Source of the DNA: Coriobacteriaceae bacterium
Lineage (GTDB): Bacteria; Actinomycetota; Coriobacteriia; Coriobacteriales; Atopobiaceae
Assembly (NCBI GenBank): GCA_003862195.1
Contig: QOUO01000009.1
Location: 21-64,020, forward strand
Reading direction: 5' to 3'
Length of the DNA stretch: 64,000 nt
A model generated the notes under the pieces. The model was given only the letters and a program-made list of their open reading frames with translations, was not told the DNA's origin and did no database searches. Below are positions 1 to 10,649 of the stretch, one piece after another. Every line of letters begins with the position of its first letter. Position 1 is the stretch's first letter. The translations under genes were made by a program, and so were the position numbers.

Positions 1-243
1 CTGGCGGAGCAGCTGCGCGACGGCCTGGTGGCCCTGGGATACGAGCCGTACGGCCACTCGGCCTCCAACCAGCAGTTCTTTGCGGTCACGGCCGAGCAGC
101 AGGCCGCCTTTGAGCAGGCCGTGGGCTGCGAGACGTTCTACGTGCTGGACGACGGCCGCCGCGTCGTGCGCTTTGTCACCTCATGGGCGAACGAGGAGCA
201 GGACGTCCGCGACCTCCTGGCCCTGGCAAGGCAGATCGCCTAG
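1..243 (+). CDS. threonine aldolase / beta-eliminating lyase family protein, C-terminal fragment (5' end outside window)
   Basis: Frame open from base 1 to TAG 241-243. Tail RRVVRFVTSWANEEQDVRDLL resembles PLP-dependent threonine aldolase C-termini (recognised by eye). Confidence 0.45.
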   Translation: MAEQLRDGLVALGYEPYGHSASNQQFFAVTAEQQAAFEQAVGCETFYVLDDGRRVVRFVTSWANEEQDVRDLLALARQIA

Positions 244-3017
244 GCCGCGGCCGAGGTCGAAGCGTCGGTCGTGGTCGCGGTCGAGCTTGTGGCCATAGTG
301 GAAGCCGAGCCCGAGCTCGCGGCTGTCGACTTCTGCGCGGCGGCCGCCACGAGCTTGGCGTAAGCCTTGCGCCCAGCCTTGGTGAGCGACGCGCCGTCGG
401 ACGAGAAGTACGCGTCGTGCCCGGCGGACGCCTTGTACCAGTCCACGACCGTCACGTTCTTGCGGCCCTTGGCCGCCGCCTTGATCGCAGCGTTGTTCGC
501 CTTGGCGTACGCGGCCTGCGAGCGACCCGTCACCACATAGACCGTCACCTTTGATCCGATGGCGTCCAGGAGCTTGGCGATGTCCCTCTCGTCAAACGGG
601 GAGCCGTCGTCCGGGTCCACCACCACGACGTCGCCCGCCGTACCGGCCTTTACGTAGGCCTTCCAGCTCTTGGCGCAGGCGTCCGCGTCGCGACCGGACG
701 CGCAGTCGATCATGGCCTGCGGCATGAGGGCGCTGAGCTCCTTGGACGCGGCGGACGTGGTCGCGTCGCCCAGCACCACGGCGCTGTACGTGGTGTTCTG
801 GCGCGTTGGCTTGACGTAGCCCGTGGTCTTGACGATGAGGTCGATCAGGTTCTGGGCGTACTGCGGGCGCAGGTGCGTGCCGTCGTCCCAGAACCAGTCG
901 TCGTGCCCGGACGAGTAGGAGTACCAGTCGATCACGCCCACGCTCTTGTGCGCGTCGGCAAAGCTCTTGAGCAGGCTGTTGTTTGCGTCGCACCAGGCCT
1001 TGGGCACACGGTCGTTCACAAACCACAGCTTGCGCTTGGTGCCCACGGCCTTGTAGATGGCGTCGAGGTCGCTCTGTGTGATGGCACCGTTTGACCCGAT
1101 GGAGAAGATTACCGTGTCGCCCACGACGCCCTTGGCGCTGTACGACTTGTACACGTCGAGCGCGGCCGAGGCCTGCCGTCCCACCTTGGCGTCGATGATC
1201 CCGTACGGGAAGGCCGCGTTGAAGGCGTCCTTTGCGCCGAGCGAGACGGAGTCGCCGATCATCACCACGTCGTACGTGCCGGACGTGAGCGGCTTGAGGA
1301 GCGTGGCCGAGCTCACGCGCTGCGCGCCGGGGGCGCCTCCCACGGCCGCCTGCGCGGGCACGAGCGCGAGGCCCAGCACCGCCACCAGGCACACGGCAGC
1401 CGGCAGCACCGCGCGCGGCGTGCGCGCGAGCGCGTGGCCCAGCGCGGCCAGGCGGCCCTGCGGGGCGGCGTCACGCTGGCGCTCGCGGGGGTTGCGGGCG
1501 GCGCCACGCGGGGCAGCGGCCCGACCGGACGTGCGAGGCGTGGCCTCGCGACGCATCGGGCGAGAAGGACGGCCCTCCCCCTGGCGACCCGCCGCGAACT
1601 CCGCGCGAGTCTCGGCTGCGGCCCTGGCCGCAGCCGCCGGTGTGACGGGCTTGGCGAGCGCGCGGAACCACTGCGCCACGCTCCCCTTGCGCAGCGGCTC
1701 CTCAACCAGGCGGTAGCTGAGCTCCGCCACCACGAGCACGAGCGCGAGCTCGAGCACGACCTGCCACGCGGGCAGCGCCGTGGTGGCGTTGCGCGGCTGC
1801 AGCAGCTCCACGATGGGATAGTGCCAGACGTAGATCGCAAACGAGCGCGAGCCCACCCACGCGAGCGGCTTGACGGAAAGCACGCGCTCCGTCACGGTGC
1901 CGTGGGGCACCAGGGCCGCGATGGCCACGGCGCTGATGGCCGAGCACAGCAGGATGCCGCCGTAGTACGAGAAGGACGAGTACCCCTCGGTCGTGACCAT
2001 CAGCCAGAGCAGGGCCACCACGGAGCCCGCGGCCGCAAGCTCCGCCACCGGGCGCCGCCACGAGGGGCCGCCCTGCACGGACGCCTGGCTCTTCTCGCCA
2101 AACGGCCACACGAACGCGAGCAGGCTGCCCAACAGCAGGCTCTGACAGCGGGCGTCCGTGCCGTAGTAGGCGCGCGACGGGTCCGCCTGCGGCACGTAGA
2201 GCTTCGCCATCACGACGGCGGAGGCGATGGTGCCCAGCGCGAGGCCAGCCACGATTGCGGGGTGCCCGCCCAGCCGCGCGGCGATTGCCTGGGCACGGGG
2301 GCTGCGGACGGTGCCGCGCGCGGGGTCGCCGCGGGTGCCGCGTGCCTGCGCGCGCGTGCGCGAGGCCCTCATGGCGAGCAGCAGCACGACGGGCCACACG
2401 AGGTAGAACTGGAACTCGATCGCGAGCGACCAGAAGTGCGTGAGGGGCGAGGGCGCGCCCGCCGCCGCGAAGTACGACTCGTGCCGCAGGATCTTGGCCC
2501 AGTTGAGGAACATGAGGAGCGCTGGCACGATGTCCGGGCGCATCTTGGTGAGCAGCTGGTGGTTGAAGGCCGTGCAGACCGCAGCCGTCACGATAACGAA
2601 GGCGATGCACGTGGGCAGCAGGCGCTTGATGCGGCGCAGCCAGTAGGAGCCGAGGCGGATGGTGCCCGAGCGCGACAGCTCGGAGAGCAGCCCCGCCGTC
2701 GCAAGGTAGCCGGAAAGCACGAAGAGCACGGTCACGCCCAGCAGCCCGCCGCCGCACCAGCTGAGGCCCATGTGATAGAAGACGACGCCCAGCGCACAGA
2801 TGGCTCGCAGGCCGTCGAGCGACGTCACGTAGCGCTTGCCCGACGCCGGGTGCTCCGGCTGGCGCTGCTGCGCCGGACGCTGCGGCGGCTGCGACCGCGC
2901 CGGACGCTGCGACTGTTGCGGACGCCTTGCCTGCTGCCTCGGCCTTGCCGAAGCGGCAAGGCGCGCCTCCCCGTTGGGTTGCGCCGGCCTGCCCTGCCTC
3001 GTGCTTCCGCCCGCCAT
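240..3017 (-). CDS. acyltransferase-3 (OafA/YrhL-like) membrane O-acyltransferase fused to two C-terminal SGNH/GDSL-like domains
   Basis: 925-aa ORF. LDGLRAICALGVVFYHM signature with multiple hydrophobic segments. C-terminal MIGDSVSLG domain is followed by a second degenerate copy (VLGDATTS). Confidence 0.8.
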   Translation of the reverse strand: MAGGSTRQGRPAQPNGEARLAASARPRQQARRPQQSQRPARSQPPQRPAQQRQPEHPASGKRYVTSLDGLRAICALGVVFYHMGLSWCGGGLLGVTVLFVLSGYLATAGLLSELSRSGTIRLGSYWLRRIKRLLPTCIAFVIVTAAVCTAFNHQLLTKMRPDIVPALLMFLNWAKILRHESYFAAAGAPSPLTHFWSLAIEFQFYLVWPVVLLLAMRASRTRAQARGTRGDPARGTVRSPRAQAIAARLGGHPAIVAGLALGTIASAVVMAKLYVPQADPSRAYYGTDARCQSLLLGSLLAFVWPFGEKSQASVQGGPSWRRPVAELAAAGSVVALLWLMVTTEGYSSFSYYGGILLCSAISAVAIAALVPHGTVTERVLSVKPLAWVGSRSFAIYVWHYPIVELLQPRNATTALPAWQVVLELALVLVVAELSYRLVEEPLRKGSVAQWFRALAKPVTPAAAARAAAETRAEFAAGRQGEGRPSRPMRREATPRTSGRAAAPRGAARNPRERQRDAAPQGRLAALGHALARTPRAVLPAAVCLVAVLGLALVPAQAAVGGAPGAQRVSSATLLKPLTSGTYDVVMIGDSVSLGAKDAFNAAFPYGIIDAKVGRQASAALDVYKSYSAKGVVGDTVIFSIGSNGAITQSDLDAIYKAVGTKRKLWFVNDRVPKAWCDANNSLLKSFADAHKSVGVIDWYSYSSGHDDWFWDDGTHLRPQYAQNLIDLIVKTTGYVKPTRQNTTYSAVVLGDATTSAASKELSALMPQAMIDCASGRDADACAKSWKAYVKAGTAGDVVVVDPDDGSPFDERDIAKLLDAIGSKVTVYVVTGRSQAAYAKANNAAIKAAAKGRKNVTVVDWYKASAGHDAYFSSDGASLTKAGRKAYAKLVAAAAQKSTAASSGSASTMATSSTATTTDASTSAAA
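1558..1570 (+). repeat. 13-mer repeat copy GGGCGAGAAGGAC
   Basis: Exact. Antisense inside the acyltransferase CDS. Confidence 0.95.
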
Positions 3018-3083
3018 GTGCCTACCTTCGCGTCACGCGCATGCAACTATCCACATACCATAAAACGAAGACATTCTAGCAGT

Positions 3084-3723
3084 CTAGTGGGCGCAATCCA
3101 GCAGGTCAGACGCGTTATGTGGAACAAGTTTCATGCAAAACGGCTCGCGCATGGCGCATGTGAGCACCGCATCGCCCAAAAGTCGCGATTGCAGCTCCCA
3201 CCCCTCGAGCACCTCCGGGTGCTTGCGGGGGTCCACGGCGAGCCCCGTGCCCATGGCCTTGAGGATGGCCTCGCGACGGGTCCAGGCGCGCGCGTAGGCG
3301 ATGCGTCCCTCGCGCGTGCTGCCGTCGCCTATGGCCGCGAGCTCGTCAGCGTCGTAGTACTTACGGGCCAGGAGTTCCTCCACGTGGCGGTAGCGGCCGG
3401 GAACCTCCTCCACGTCCACGCCGACGGCGGGTCCTCCCACGGAGCCCATGGCCAGCACCACGAGGCCGGCGTCGTTGGAGAGGTTGAACTCCGGCGCACC
3501 CGAAACGCTCGGCTTGCCGTACTCGCCCAGCGTGAGGTCCTCGTCCGCGCGCACGCCCAGCAGGTACCGCGCCAGCAGGCCCGTGCCCAGCGCCTCGAGC
3601 CGGCGCGCCTCGGGACCCATGTTCGCGCGCTCGCGATAGCGCGGTGCGATGACCTTTCTGCAGGCATCCTCGAGCCCCGCCAGCGTGGCGGTCTCGAGCA
3701 CGTGCACCACGACCTTCTCCACC
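3084..3723 (-). CDS. 4'-phosphopantetheinyl transferase (Sfp-type)
   Basis: GKPSVSGAPEFNLSNDAG, GVDVEEV and WTRREAILKAMG blocks. Start set at GTG 3723, preceded by a GAGGGGG SD. The longer ORF-track start overlaps the upstream gene. Confidence 0.7.
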
Positions 3724-3733
3724 GTCTGCCCCC

Positions 3734-4252
3734 TCACGCGAGCGGAATGTCGCGCATCCAGCCCCAGCGCGGCTCCGCCGTCACACCGTACGCCTCGTAC
3801 CAGAGCGCGAGCGGAACCGTGCGCACGCCGCGGTCCGCGCTGTCCATCACCATGCCGTCGCCCACGTAGAGTGCCACGTGCCCGTGGCGGAGCGCCGCGG
3901 GACTGTACGGGCAGCTGGGGACCGCCACGATCATGCCCACGCGCAGCTCGCCGGGATCGCTCAGCTTGCAGTGGCGCTCGTAGAGCTCGCGGGCGTCGCC
4001 CGCCTCGCGTCCCAGGCCGGACCACACGAAGACGTCCTCCACCCACGCGGCGCACGAGTCCGCCGCCGTCCACGGCATGCCCTTGGCGTGCGCGACCACG
4101 CTGCGCTGCCCGCGCGTCGCGTCCATCAGGCGCTCGGGCTCATGACCAGACGTCACGTTCAGCCGGCGCGCCTCGAGTCCGCGGTCGGCAAGGACGGCGT
4201 CCAGCCGTCGCACGCGCGGGTCCACAGGCCGGACCTCGTCGACGCGGGACAT
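3734..4252 (-). CDS. NlpC/P60 (C40)-like cysteine peptidase family protein
   Basis: Candidate Cys (DSCAAWV) and His (HGHVALYVGDGMVMDS) blocks. ATG 4252 chosen because the ORF-track GTG 4267 lies next to the 13-mer repeat. Confidence 0.5.
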   Translation of the reverse strand: MSRVDEVRPVDPRVRRLDAVLADRGLEARRLNVTSGHEPERLMDATRGQRSVVAHAKGMPWTAADSCAAWVEDVFVWSGLGREAGDARELYERHCKLSDPGELRVGMIVAVPSCPYSPAALRHGHVALYVGDGMVMDSADRGVRTVPLALWYEAYGVTAEPRWGWMRDIPLA

Positions 4253-4265
4253 GCTCTTCTCGCCC
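4253..4265 (-). repeat. 13-mer repeat copy GGGCGAGAAGAGC
   Basis: Exact. Abuts ATG 4252 of the NlpC/P60 gene, in sense orientation. Confidence 0.95.
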
Positions 4266-4270
4266 ACGTG

Positions 4271-4471
4271 CTAGCGGTAGCGCTTGGCGACCTCGATGAA
4301 GGCCGCCTTGCCGTCGACGTAGTCCTTGAAGGCGATCGTGGGATCCTGCCCGTGGAAGCTCGCGCACAGCCCGCACTGGTCGCAGTCCGCGATGCACGGG
4401 TACGTCTCCTTTATGTACCACAGGCGGTCCATGCGAGAAGAGCCCTCGATGCTGGGCGGTTCCTTTGCCAT
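4271..4471 (-). CDS. small Cys-rich hypothetical protein (66 aa)
   Basis: ATG 4471 with GGGGAGG SD about 10 nt upstream. YPCIADCDQCGLC cysteine cluster. The upstream part of the track ORF overlaps the ABC ATPase gene. Confidence 0.5.
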   Translation of the reverse strand: MAKEPPSIEGSSRMDRLWYIKETYPCIADCDQCGLCASFHGQDPTIAFKDYVDGKAAFIEVAKRYR

Positions 4472-4487
4472 GGGTGCGACGCCTCCC

Positions 4488-5246
<759 letters not shown>

Positions 5247-5288
5247 TGCCTGCTCCATTCGAAAGATTGTGCCTGGGACGCGTCGGCG

Positions 5289-6140
5289 CTAGACGGGGTT
5301 CTCCTGCGCGCGCGTGACGACCTTGGTGCCGCTCTGGCGCGCCATGCGCACCGCGAGCTCGTTGATTGCGTAGTTGATGAGGATGTAGATGATCGCCACC
5401 ACGAAGTACACGGAGACGAGCGAGTCGTAGTTGCTGATGAGGACCCTCGCGTTCTGCAGGAGGTCCGGGAAGCTCACGACGTACGCGACGGACGTGTCCT
5501 TCACGACGACGACCAGCTGCGAGATGAGCGACGGGATGACGTAGCGGATGGCCTGCGGCAGGATGATCTTGCGCAGCACCTTGCCCTCGGTCATGCCCAG
5601 CGAGAGCGCGGCCTCGCGCTGGCCCTTGGGCACGGCGTTGACGCCCGCGCGGAAGACCTCCGCGAGCACGCCCGACGCCGTGAGCGAGATGGGCAGCGTC
5701 AGCATCCAGAACGCGGGCATCTTTATGCCGTAGCTGGGGATGACCAGGAAGAAGAAGTAGATCAGCAGCAGCGACGGGATGCCCCTGAAGAAGTTGATGA
5801 TCACGCGGAAGATGCCGCTCACGACGCGGTTCTTGCTGATGCGGCCGAACATGAACAGGATGCCCAGCGCCAGCGCGATGACGCCGGCCGTGACGGCGAC
5901 CTCCGCCGTGCCCGCGAGGCCCTGGAGCAGGAAGCGCCAGGTGCTCCACTGGCCAAAGAAGTACCAGTAGCTCGCGTCGAACTGCCCCATCTGGTATAGC
6001 CTGAGCACGACCCACACGAGAATCGCCGCAATGGCGATGGACGAGATGATGGTGCCGACGAGGATCTTCCGCTTGGTCTTTGGTCCCGGTGCCTCGAAGA
6101 GCGCATCGCGCATCGAGACGCTTCCTGACGACGCGCTCAT
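5289..6140 (-). CDS. amino-acid ABC transporter permease
   Basis: Polytopic membrane protein with an EAA-like loop (EAALSLGMTEGKVLRKIILPQA). ATGA overlap with the upstream permease gene. Confidence 0.85.
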   Translation of the reverse strand: MSASSGSVSMRDALFEAPGPKTKRKILVGTIISSIAIAAILVWVVLRLYQMGQFDASYWYFFGQWSTWRFLLQGLAGTAEVAVTAGVIALALGILFMFGRISKNRVVSGIFRVIINFFRGIPSLLLIYFFFLVIPSYGIKMPAFWMLTLPISLTASGVLAEVFRAGVNAVPKGQREAALSLGMTEGKVLRKIILPQAIRYVIPSLISQLVVVVKDTSVAYVVSFPDLLQNARVLISNYDSLVSVYFVVAIIYILINYAINELAVRMARQSGTKVVTRAQENPV

Positions 6141-6796
6141 CTGAGGATCCTCACTCTCTTGTCGATGGCGTTACCCGCAAGGCCGATGAGGAACGCGGTT
6201 CCCGCGTAGAGAAGGGCGGACACCGCGAACGGCAGGATTCCGCCCACGGACATCGTGTTGATGTACGAGACGAGCCCCGTGAGCTCCTGCGGGTTGAGCG
6301 GCACCTGCGAGCCGATGGCCGTGGTGAGCATGACGGCGACCAGCAGGTTGGTCATGGGCAGCACGGCCGATCGCAGCGCCTGCGGGATGACGACCTGCCT
6401 CAGGATCTGGCCAAAGCTGAGCCCCAGCGAGCGCGCCGCCTCGATCTGGCCAACGCCGATCGTGTTGATGCCGCTCATGAAGTTCTCGGACCCAAACGAC
6501 GCGGCGACCAGGATCGTGGTCACGATGACGCAGGTCATCTCGTTCCACACGATCCCCAGGTACGGGAAGGCGTAGTAGAAGATGATAAGAAGAGAAATCG
6601 TGGCGACGTTCCTGAACACCTGCACGTAGAAGTCACCAAGCCGGCGCAGAGGCGAGATGGGACACACACGCGCGATCGTGACCAGGAGCGCCAGGACCAT
6701 CGCCCCCACAAACGAGACGACGGTCATCTCGAGCGTCGCGGCGTACGCCTTCACGTACATACCGCCATACGTCGAGAAGAGCTGCTGTAAGCTCAT
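6137..6796 (-). CDS. amino-acid ABC transporter permease
   Basis: EAARSLGLSFGQILRQVVIPQA loop. ATG 6796 preceded by a GGGAGGTG SD. Confidence 0.85.
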   Translation of the reverse strand: MSLQQLFSTYGGMYVKAYAATLEMTVVSFVGAMVLALLVTIARVCPISPLRRLGDFYVQVFRNVATISLLIIFYYAFPYLGIVWNEMTCVIVTTILVAASFGSENFMSGINTIGVGQIEAARSLGLSFGQILRQVVIPQALRSAVLPMTNLLVAVMLTTAIGSQVPLNPQELTGLVSYINTMSVGGILPFAVSALLYAGTAFLIGLAGNAIDKRVRILR

Positions 6797-6935
6797 GCAC
6801 ACCTCCCGCAATAAGCGCGGAGGCCACCGTGCGTGCACGGAGGCCTCCTCGTAGCACTAGTCTGACTGTACCCTCATGCGGCGCGCGGCAACGCACCATC
6901 ATCAGTGTTGGAACAGTCACGAAACGTGGTCGTCC

Positions 6936-7925
6936 CTAGTCCTCGATCGCGGGCGGCTTCGGGGCGGTCTTCTGGCCGATGCGGTCGCCCAGGCAGACCT
7001 TCCAGAGCTTCTCCCACACGCCGTCGTCCTCGACCTGCTGCAGCCAGGCGTTCACGAACTTTGCGGCGTCGGAGTCCTTGGGCAGGCCGATGCCGTAGTT
7101 GTCCTTCGGGCCGATGAGCTGCTTGAGCAGGCGGTACTTGCCTGGGTGCGAGATCATGGAGCCCATCTGCATGGTCTGGTCGATGATGTAGGCGTCAACG
7201 CGGTGCTGCTCGAGGGCGGCGCGCGCCTCCTCGTCGGTCTTGTACTGCTTCTGGACCGCCTTGGGCACCTCCTCCTTCACGATGCTCGGGCCGGTGGAGC
7301 CGGACTGGACGGCGACCTTCTTGCCCGCGAGGTCGTCCACGGTCTTGATGTCCGTGTTCGAGGCGAGCACGAGGATGCCCTGGCGCGAGGTGAAGTACGG
7401 ACCCGCGAAGTCGATCAGCTTCTTGCGGTCATCGTTGATGCTGTACGTCGCGAAGACGGCGTCGACCTGGTCGTTCTGCAGCACGGACTCGCGCGTGTCG
7501 GACGTGACCTGCGTGAGCTCGGTCTTGGAGGAATCGCCCAGGATGTAGGCGGCGAGCAGCTGCGAGAGGCCTGCGTCGAAGCCGCGGAGCTTGTTGTCCT
7601 TCTCGTCCAGATAGCTGAAGAGCTCGGAGGTTTGGACGCCGCCGACGCGGAGCTTGCCGGCCTTCTTGACCTTGGACGCCCAGGTGTTCGCGCTGATGGT
7701 CGCGTCGTCGGCCTGCTTGGTGCTCTGCTTTATCAGCTTGTCGTACGCGTCCTGGTCCAGCTTGCCGGACGTCTTGGACGAGGAGGACGAGCTGCTGGAA
7801 GAGGAGCTGGAGCCGTTGGAGCCGCCGCATGCGGCGAGGCCGAGCGCCGCCGCCCCGCCAAAGCCAAGCGCGAGGGCCTGGCGCCTGCTGAACATTGCCT
7901 TGTCAAGGGGATTCTGGATTGCCAT
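6936..7925 (-). CDS. amino-acid ABC transporter substrate-binding lipoprotein
   Basis: Signal peptide with lipobox (GLAACGGS) then a Ser-rich linker. Type-3 SBP-like body. ATG 7925. Confidence 0.8.
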   Translation of the reverse strand: MAIQNPLDKAMFSRRQALALGFGGAAALGLAACGGSNGSSSSSSSSSSSSKTSGKLDQDAYDKLIKQSTKQADDATISANTWASKVKKAGKLRVGGVQTSELFSYLDEKDNKLRGFDAGLSQLLAAYILGDSSKTELTQVTSDTRESVLQNDQVDAVFATYSINDDRKKLIDFAGPYFTSRQGILVLASNTDIKTVDDLAGKKVAVQSGSTGPSIVKEEVPKAVQKQYKTDEEARAALEQHRVDAYIIDQTMQMGSMISHPGKYRLLKQLIGPKDNYGIGLPKDSDAAKFVNAWLQQVEDDGVWEKLWKVCLGDRIGQKTAPKPPAIED

Positions 7926-8019
7926 GTGGGTTCCTTCCTTTGGGATTCCCTCCGCCCGGTCCCTCCCAAGGTGCCGGGCAACGCACCTGCGCGGACGGCC
8001 CGCGCGACTTTGGTTGAAT

Positions 8020-8047
8020 CCTAGCTGTTTGCTAGGAAATATGTCAA
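8020..8047 (-). promoter_or_regulatory. putative promoter/operator of the amino-acid ABC operon
   Basis: Minus strand reads TTGACA (8047-8042), then 18 nt, then TAGGAT. The spacer contains the perfect palindrome CCTAGC-AAACA-GCTAGG (8020-8036). Confidence 0.3.
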
Positions 8048-8280
8048 CCTCGACCACGCCCCGCCAAAAGGCTGCTTTGAGCTGCCGCTCAGCGCGCTAA
8101 CAGGTTCCTTCTACCCAGATTTGGCACGGTTCTTGCATATGCCGTTTGCCATAGGCGGTTATCGGCACCGCCGATAGCACTGGTGACGGACCCGTGGCGA
8201 CAGCTGCCGTTCAGGCACCGCCGCGGCCCCGGAACTACAATGCAAAGGTCAAACGTGCTGTTCGTAAGGGGTTCAACCAC

Positions 8281-10638
8281 ATGCAGGGAACAGAGAAGTC
8301 GGCGGTCTTCTGTCCGCTGATACTTGGGTGTCTTGTCGCGCTCGTGCTCGTCACGCTCGGCTATGTCGTGCTCGACGGCGCGCTCCTCGCGCGTGCGTCC
8401 GCATCGGGCGAGAAGAACGGCTCCCCCGTGCGGCGGGCCCTTCGGCACGTGAGGCCCAGCGTGATCCTCTGGTCCCTCCCCTACCTGGGCATCCTCACCT
8501 TCCTCTATATATGGTGCGCCCGCGGGCTCTACTCCGGCGCCACGGGCTCGCTCGACGTGCCGCTCCGCGCCACGCTCGCCTGCGCCGCCGTCACGCTGCC
8601 GCACCTGCGCATCGTCTCCCTCGTGCGGAGCCGCCTGGGCGAGCGCGCCGCCTTCTGGGTGGGGCTCGTCGCGAACGTCGCCCTCATGGCGGTCGCCGTC
8701 AACTTCGCGCGCATCGCCCTCGAGTGCCCCTGGAACGCCGACTGGCAGGACATCGCCCTGCAGTTCGTGGCCATCGAGTACGTGATCGTCCTTCTCGGCT
8801 TCCTCACGCTCTTCTTCCTCTTCCAGTGTCGCGGCGGTGCCGTGGCCGTGGGCGTCCTGCTCATGCTCGTGCTGGGCATCGCGCAGTACTTCGTCTTCCT
8901 CTTCAAGGACGCCAACATCACGCCCGCCGACCTGCAGGCCATCGGCACCGCTGCCGAGGTCAGCGGCGGATACGTCTTCACGATCACGGCCGCCGTGGCC
9001 AAGGCGCTCGGCTACGCGGCGGCGGGCGTCGCCTGCGCCGCCTACCTCGCGCCGCTCGAGCTCCCCGCACGCGAGGCCGCTACCGAGCCCGTCCAGGCAC
9101 CGCGCCACGCCGCTCCCACCGCCATGCCAGACGACAAGGGCACGGGCAAGGGCGCCGGCTCTGCCATCGGGCGCGCCCTCGAGCGCCCAGCCACCAGGCG
9201 CACGGCGCTCGGCCTCCTCAGCATGGGCGGCCTCGCGGCCTTCGTGACGATCCCCGGCTACGGGGCGGACTTTGGGGTCAGCCTCAACCACTGGAACTCG
9301 ATGTACAGCACTTCTCGCCAGGGCTTCTTCCCCTGCTTCGTGAAGGAGTTCCAGGCCCGCCTCATCCCCGTGCCCGCCAACTACAACGAGCAGGACGCCA
9401 AGTCGGTCGAGAAGGACCTGGTGTCCCAGTACGCAAAGCGCCTCGGAACGGGCGCATCCTCTGACTCGGGCACCGCGCGCAAGGCGGCCGTGGCCCAGTT
9501 CAAGAAGAAGCGGCCGACCGTGGTCGTGATCATGAACGAGTCGTTCTCGGACCTCTCCGTGTACAAGAGCATCAGCGCCGCCGGCTACGCGGGCCCCACG
9601 TTCGTGAAGACGGGCCTCACCAACGCGCTGCTGCGCGGCGACTCCTACACCTCCATCTTTGGCGGCGGCACCTGCAACTCGGAGTTCGAGGCGCTGTGCG
9701 GCGTCAACCTGCACTACCTGGGCGCCAACAAGTACCCCTACACGCAGTGGGACTTCACCAAGGTGCCGTGCATGCCGCGCCAGTTTGCGGCCCTCGGCTA
9801 CAAGACGTACGCCATCCATCCCAACGAGGCCACCAACTGGGACCGCAAGCGCGTGTACGAGCAGATGGGCTTCGACAGGTTCTACTCCATCACGGACTTC
9901 GTGGGCGCCCAGACCTACCACAACGGCTACGTGAGCGACCGTGCCACGTACCAGAAGATCCTCACCCTGCTCAAGAGGGGCTCCACGCCGGAGTTCATCC
10001 ACACCGTCACGATGCAGAACCACGGGCCCTTCACCACGGGCACCATCCCCACGGCGGACGAGCTCGACTACGAGCCCGAGGGCGCCAGCGCCTCCGATAA
10101 CTTCATGCTGAACGAGTACCTGTCCTGCGCCACGGAGTCCGACCGCGCCATCGAGTGGTTCCTGGGCGAGGTCGGCAAGCTCGACCGTCCCGTGGCGGTG
10201 CTCTTCTTTGGCGACCACCAGCCCAAGCCCGCGAGCCCCTACGCGACCCTGGGATACGAGGACGAGTCCTCCATCCAGATCGCGGAGCGCATGTACCACA
10301 CAACGTACTTCATGTGGGCCAACTACGACGTGGCCGGCAGCGACCAGACGAGCGAGACCGAGGACCTGCCCGTGAGCGCCCTGGGAGACGAGCTCATGTA
10401 CCGCATCGGCGCGCCCATCAGCCGGCGCCAGAAGGCCAACCTCGCCTCCCGCAAGAGCCTGCCCATACTGAGCCTCATCGGCTACCAGGACGCCAAGGGC
10501 AACTGGCACGAGTTCACGGACGCGGACGACGAGACCATCGCCTCGCCCAGCCAGACCAAGAACGCCAGCGCGGCCAGGCACATGGACAGCATGATGGCCT
10601 ACGTCAACTACCTCAGGTTCGGCAGCATCGTCAACTAG
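8281..10638 (+). CDS. LTA synthase / sulfatase-family membrane protein (LtaS/MdoB-like)
   Basis: N-terminal multi-TM region plus an extracellular alkaline-phosphatase-superfamily domain (VVVIMNESFSDL, FFGDHQP). ATG 8281 chosen. Confidence 0.75.
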   Translation: MQGTEKSAVFCPLILGCLVALVLVTLGYVVLDGALLARASASGEKNGSPVRRALRHVRPSVILWSLPYLGILTFLYIWCARGLYSGATGSLDVPLRATLACAAVTLPHLRIVSLVRSRLGERAAFWVGLVANVALMAVAVNFARIALECPWNADWQDIALQFVAIEYVIVLLGFLTLFFLFQCRGGAVAVGVLLMLVLGIAQYFVFLFKDANITPADLQAIGTAAEVSGGYVFTITAAVAKALGYAAAGVACAAYLAPLELPAREAATEPVQAPRHAAPTAMPDDKGTGKGAGSAIGRALERPATRRTALGLLSMGGLAAFVTIPGYGADFGVSLNHWNSMYSTSRQGFFPCFVKEFQARLIPVPANYNEQDAKSVEKDLVSQYAKRLGTGASSDSGTARKAAVAQFKKKRPTVVVIMNESFSDLSVYKSISAAGYAGPTFVKTGLTNALLRGDSYTSIFGGGTCNSEFEALCGVNLHYLGANKYPYTQWDFTKVPCMPRQFAALGYKTYAIHPNEATNWDRKRVYEQMGFDRFYSITDFVGAQTYHNGYVSDRATYQKILTLLKRGSTPEFIHTVTMQNHGPFTTGTIPTADELDYEPEGASASDNFMLNEYLSCATESDRAIEWFLGEVGKLDRPVAVLFFGDHQPKPASPYATLGYEDESSIQIAERMYHTTYFMWANYDVAGSDQTSETEDLPVSALGDELMYRIGAPISRRQKANLASRKSLPILSLIGYQDAKGNWHEFTDADDETIASPSQTKNASAARHMDSMMAYVNYLRFGSIVN
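8406..8418 (+). repeat. 13-mer repeat copy GGGCGAGAAGAAC
   Basis: Exact. Sense in the LtaS-like CDS, read as G-E-K-N. Confidence 0.95.
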
Positions 10639-10649
10639 GGCCGGCTCGG

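Noticed and set aside
4253-4265. 13-mer acting as the general Shine-Dalgarno sequence (it contains GAGAAGGA)
   Set aside because: Spacing to start codons is inconsistent, from 0 to more than 100 nt. Most copies are deep inside genes or antisense, and genes here have their own canonical GGAGG-type SDs. An RNA-level role for a leader-associated subset is kept only as a secondary hypothesis.
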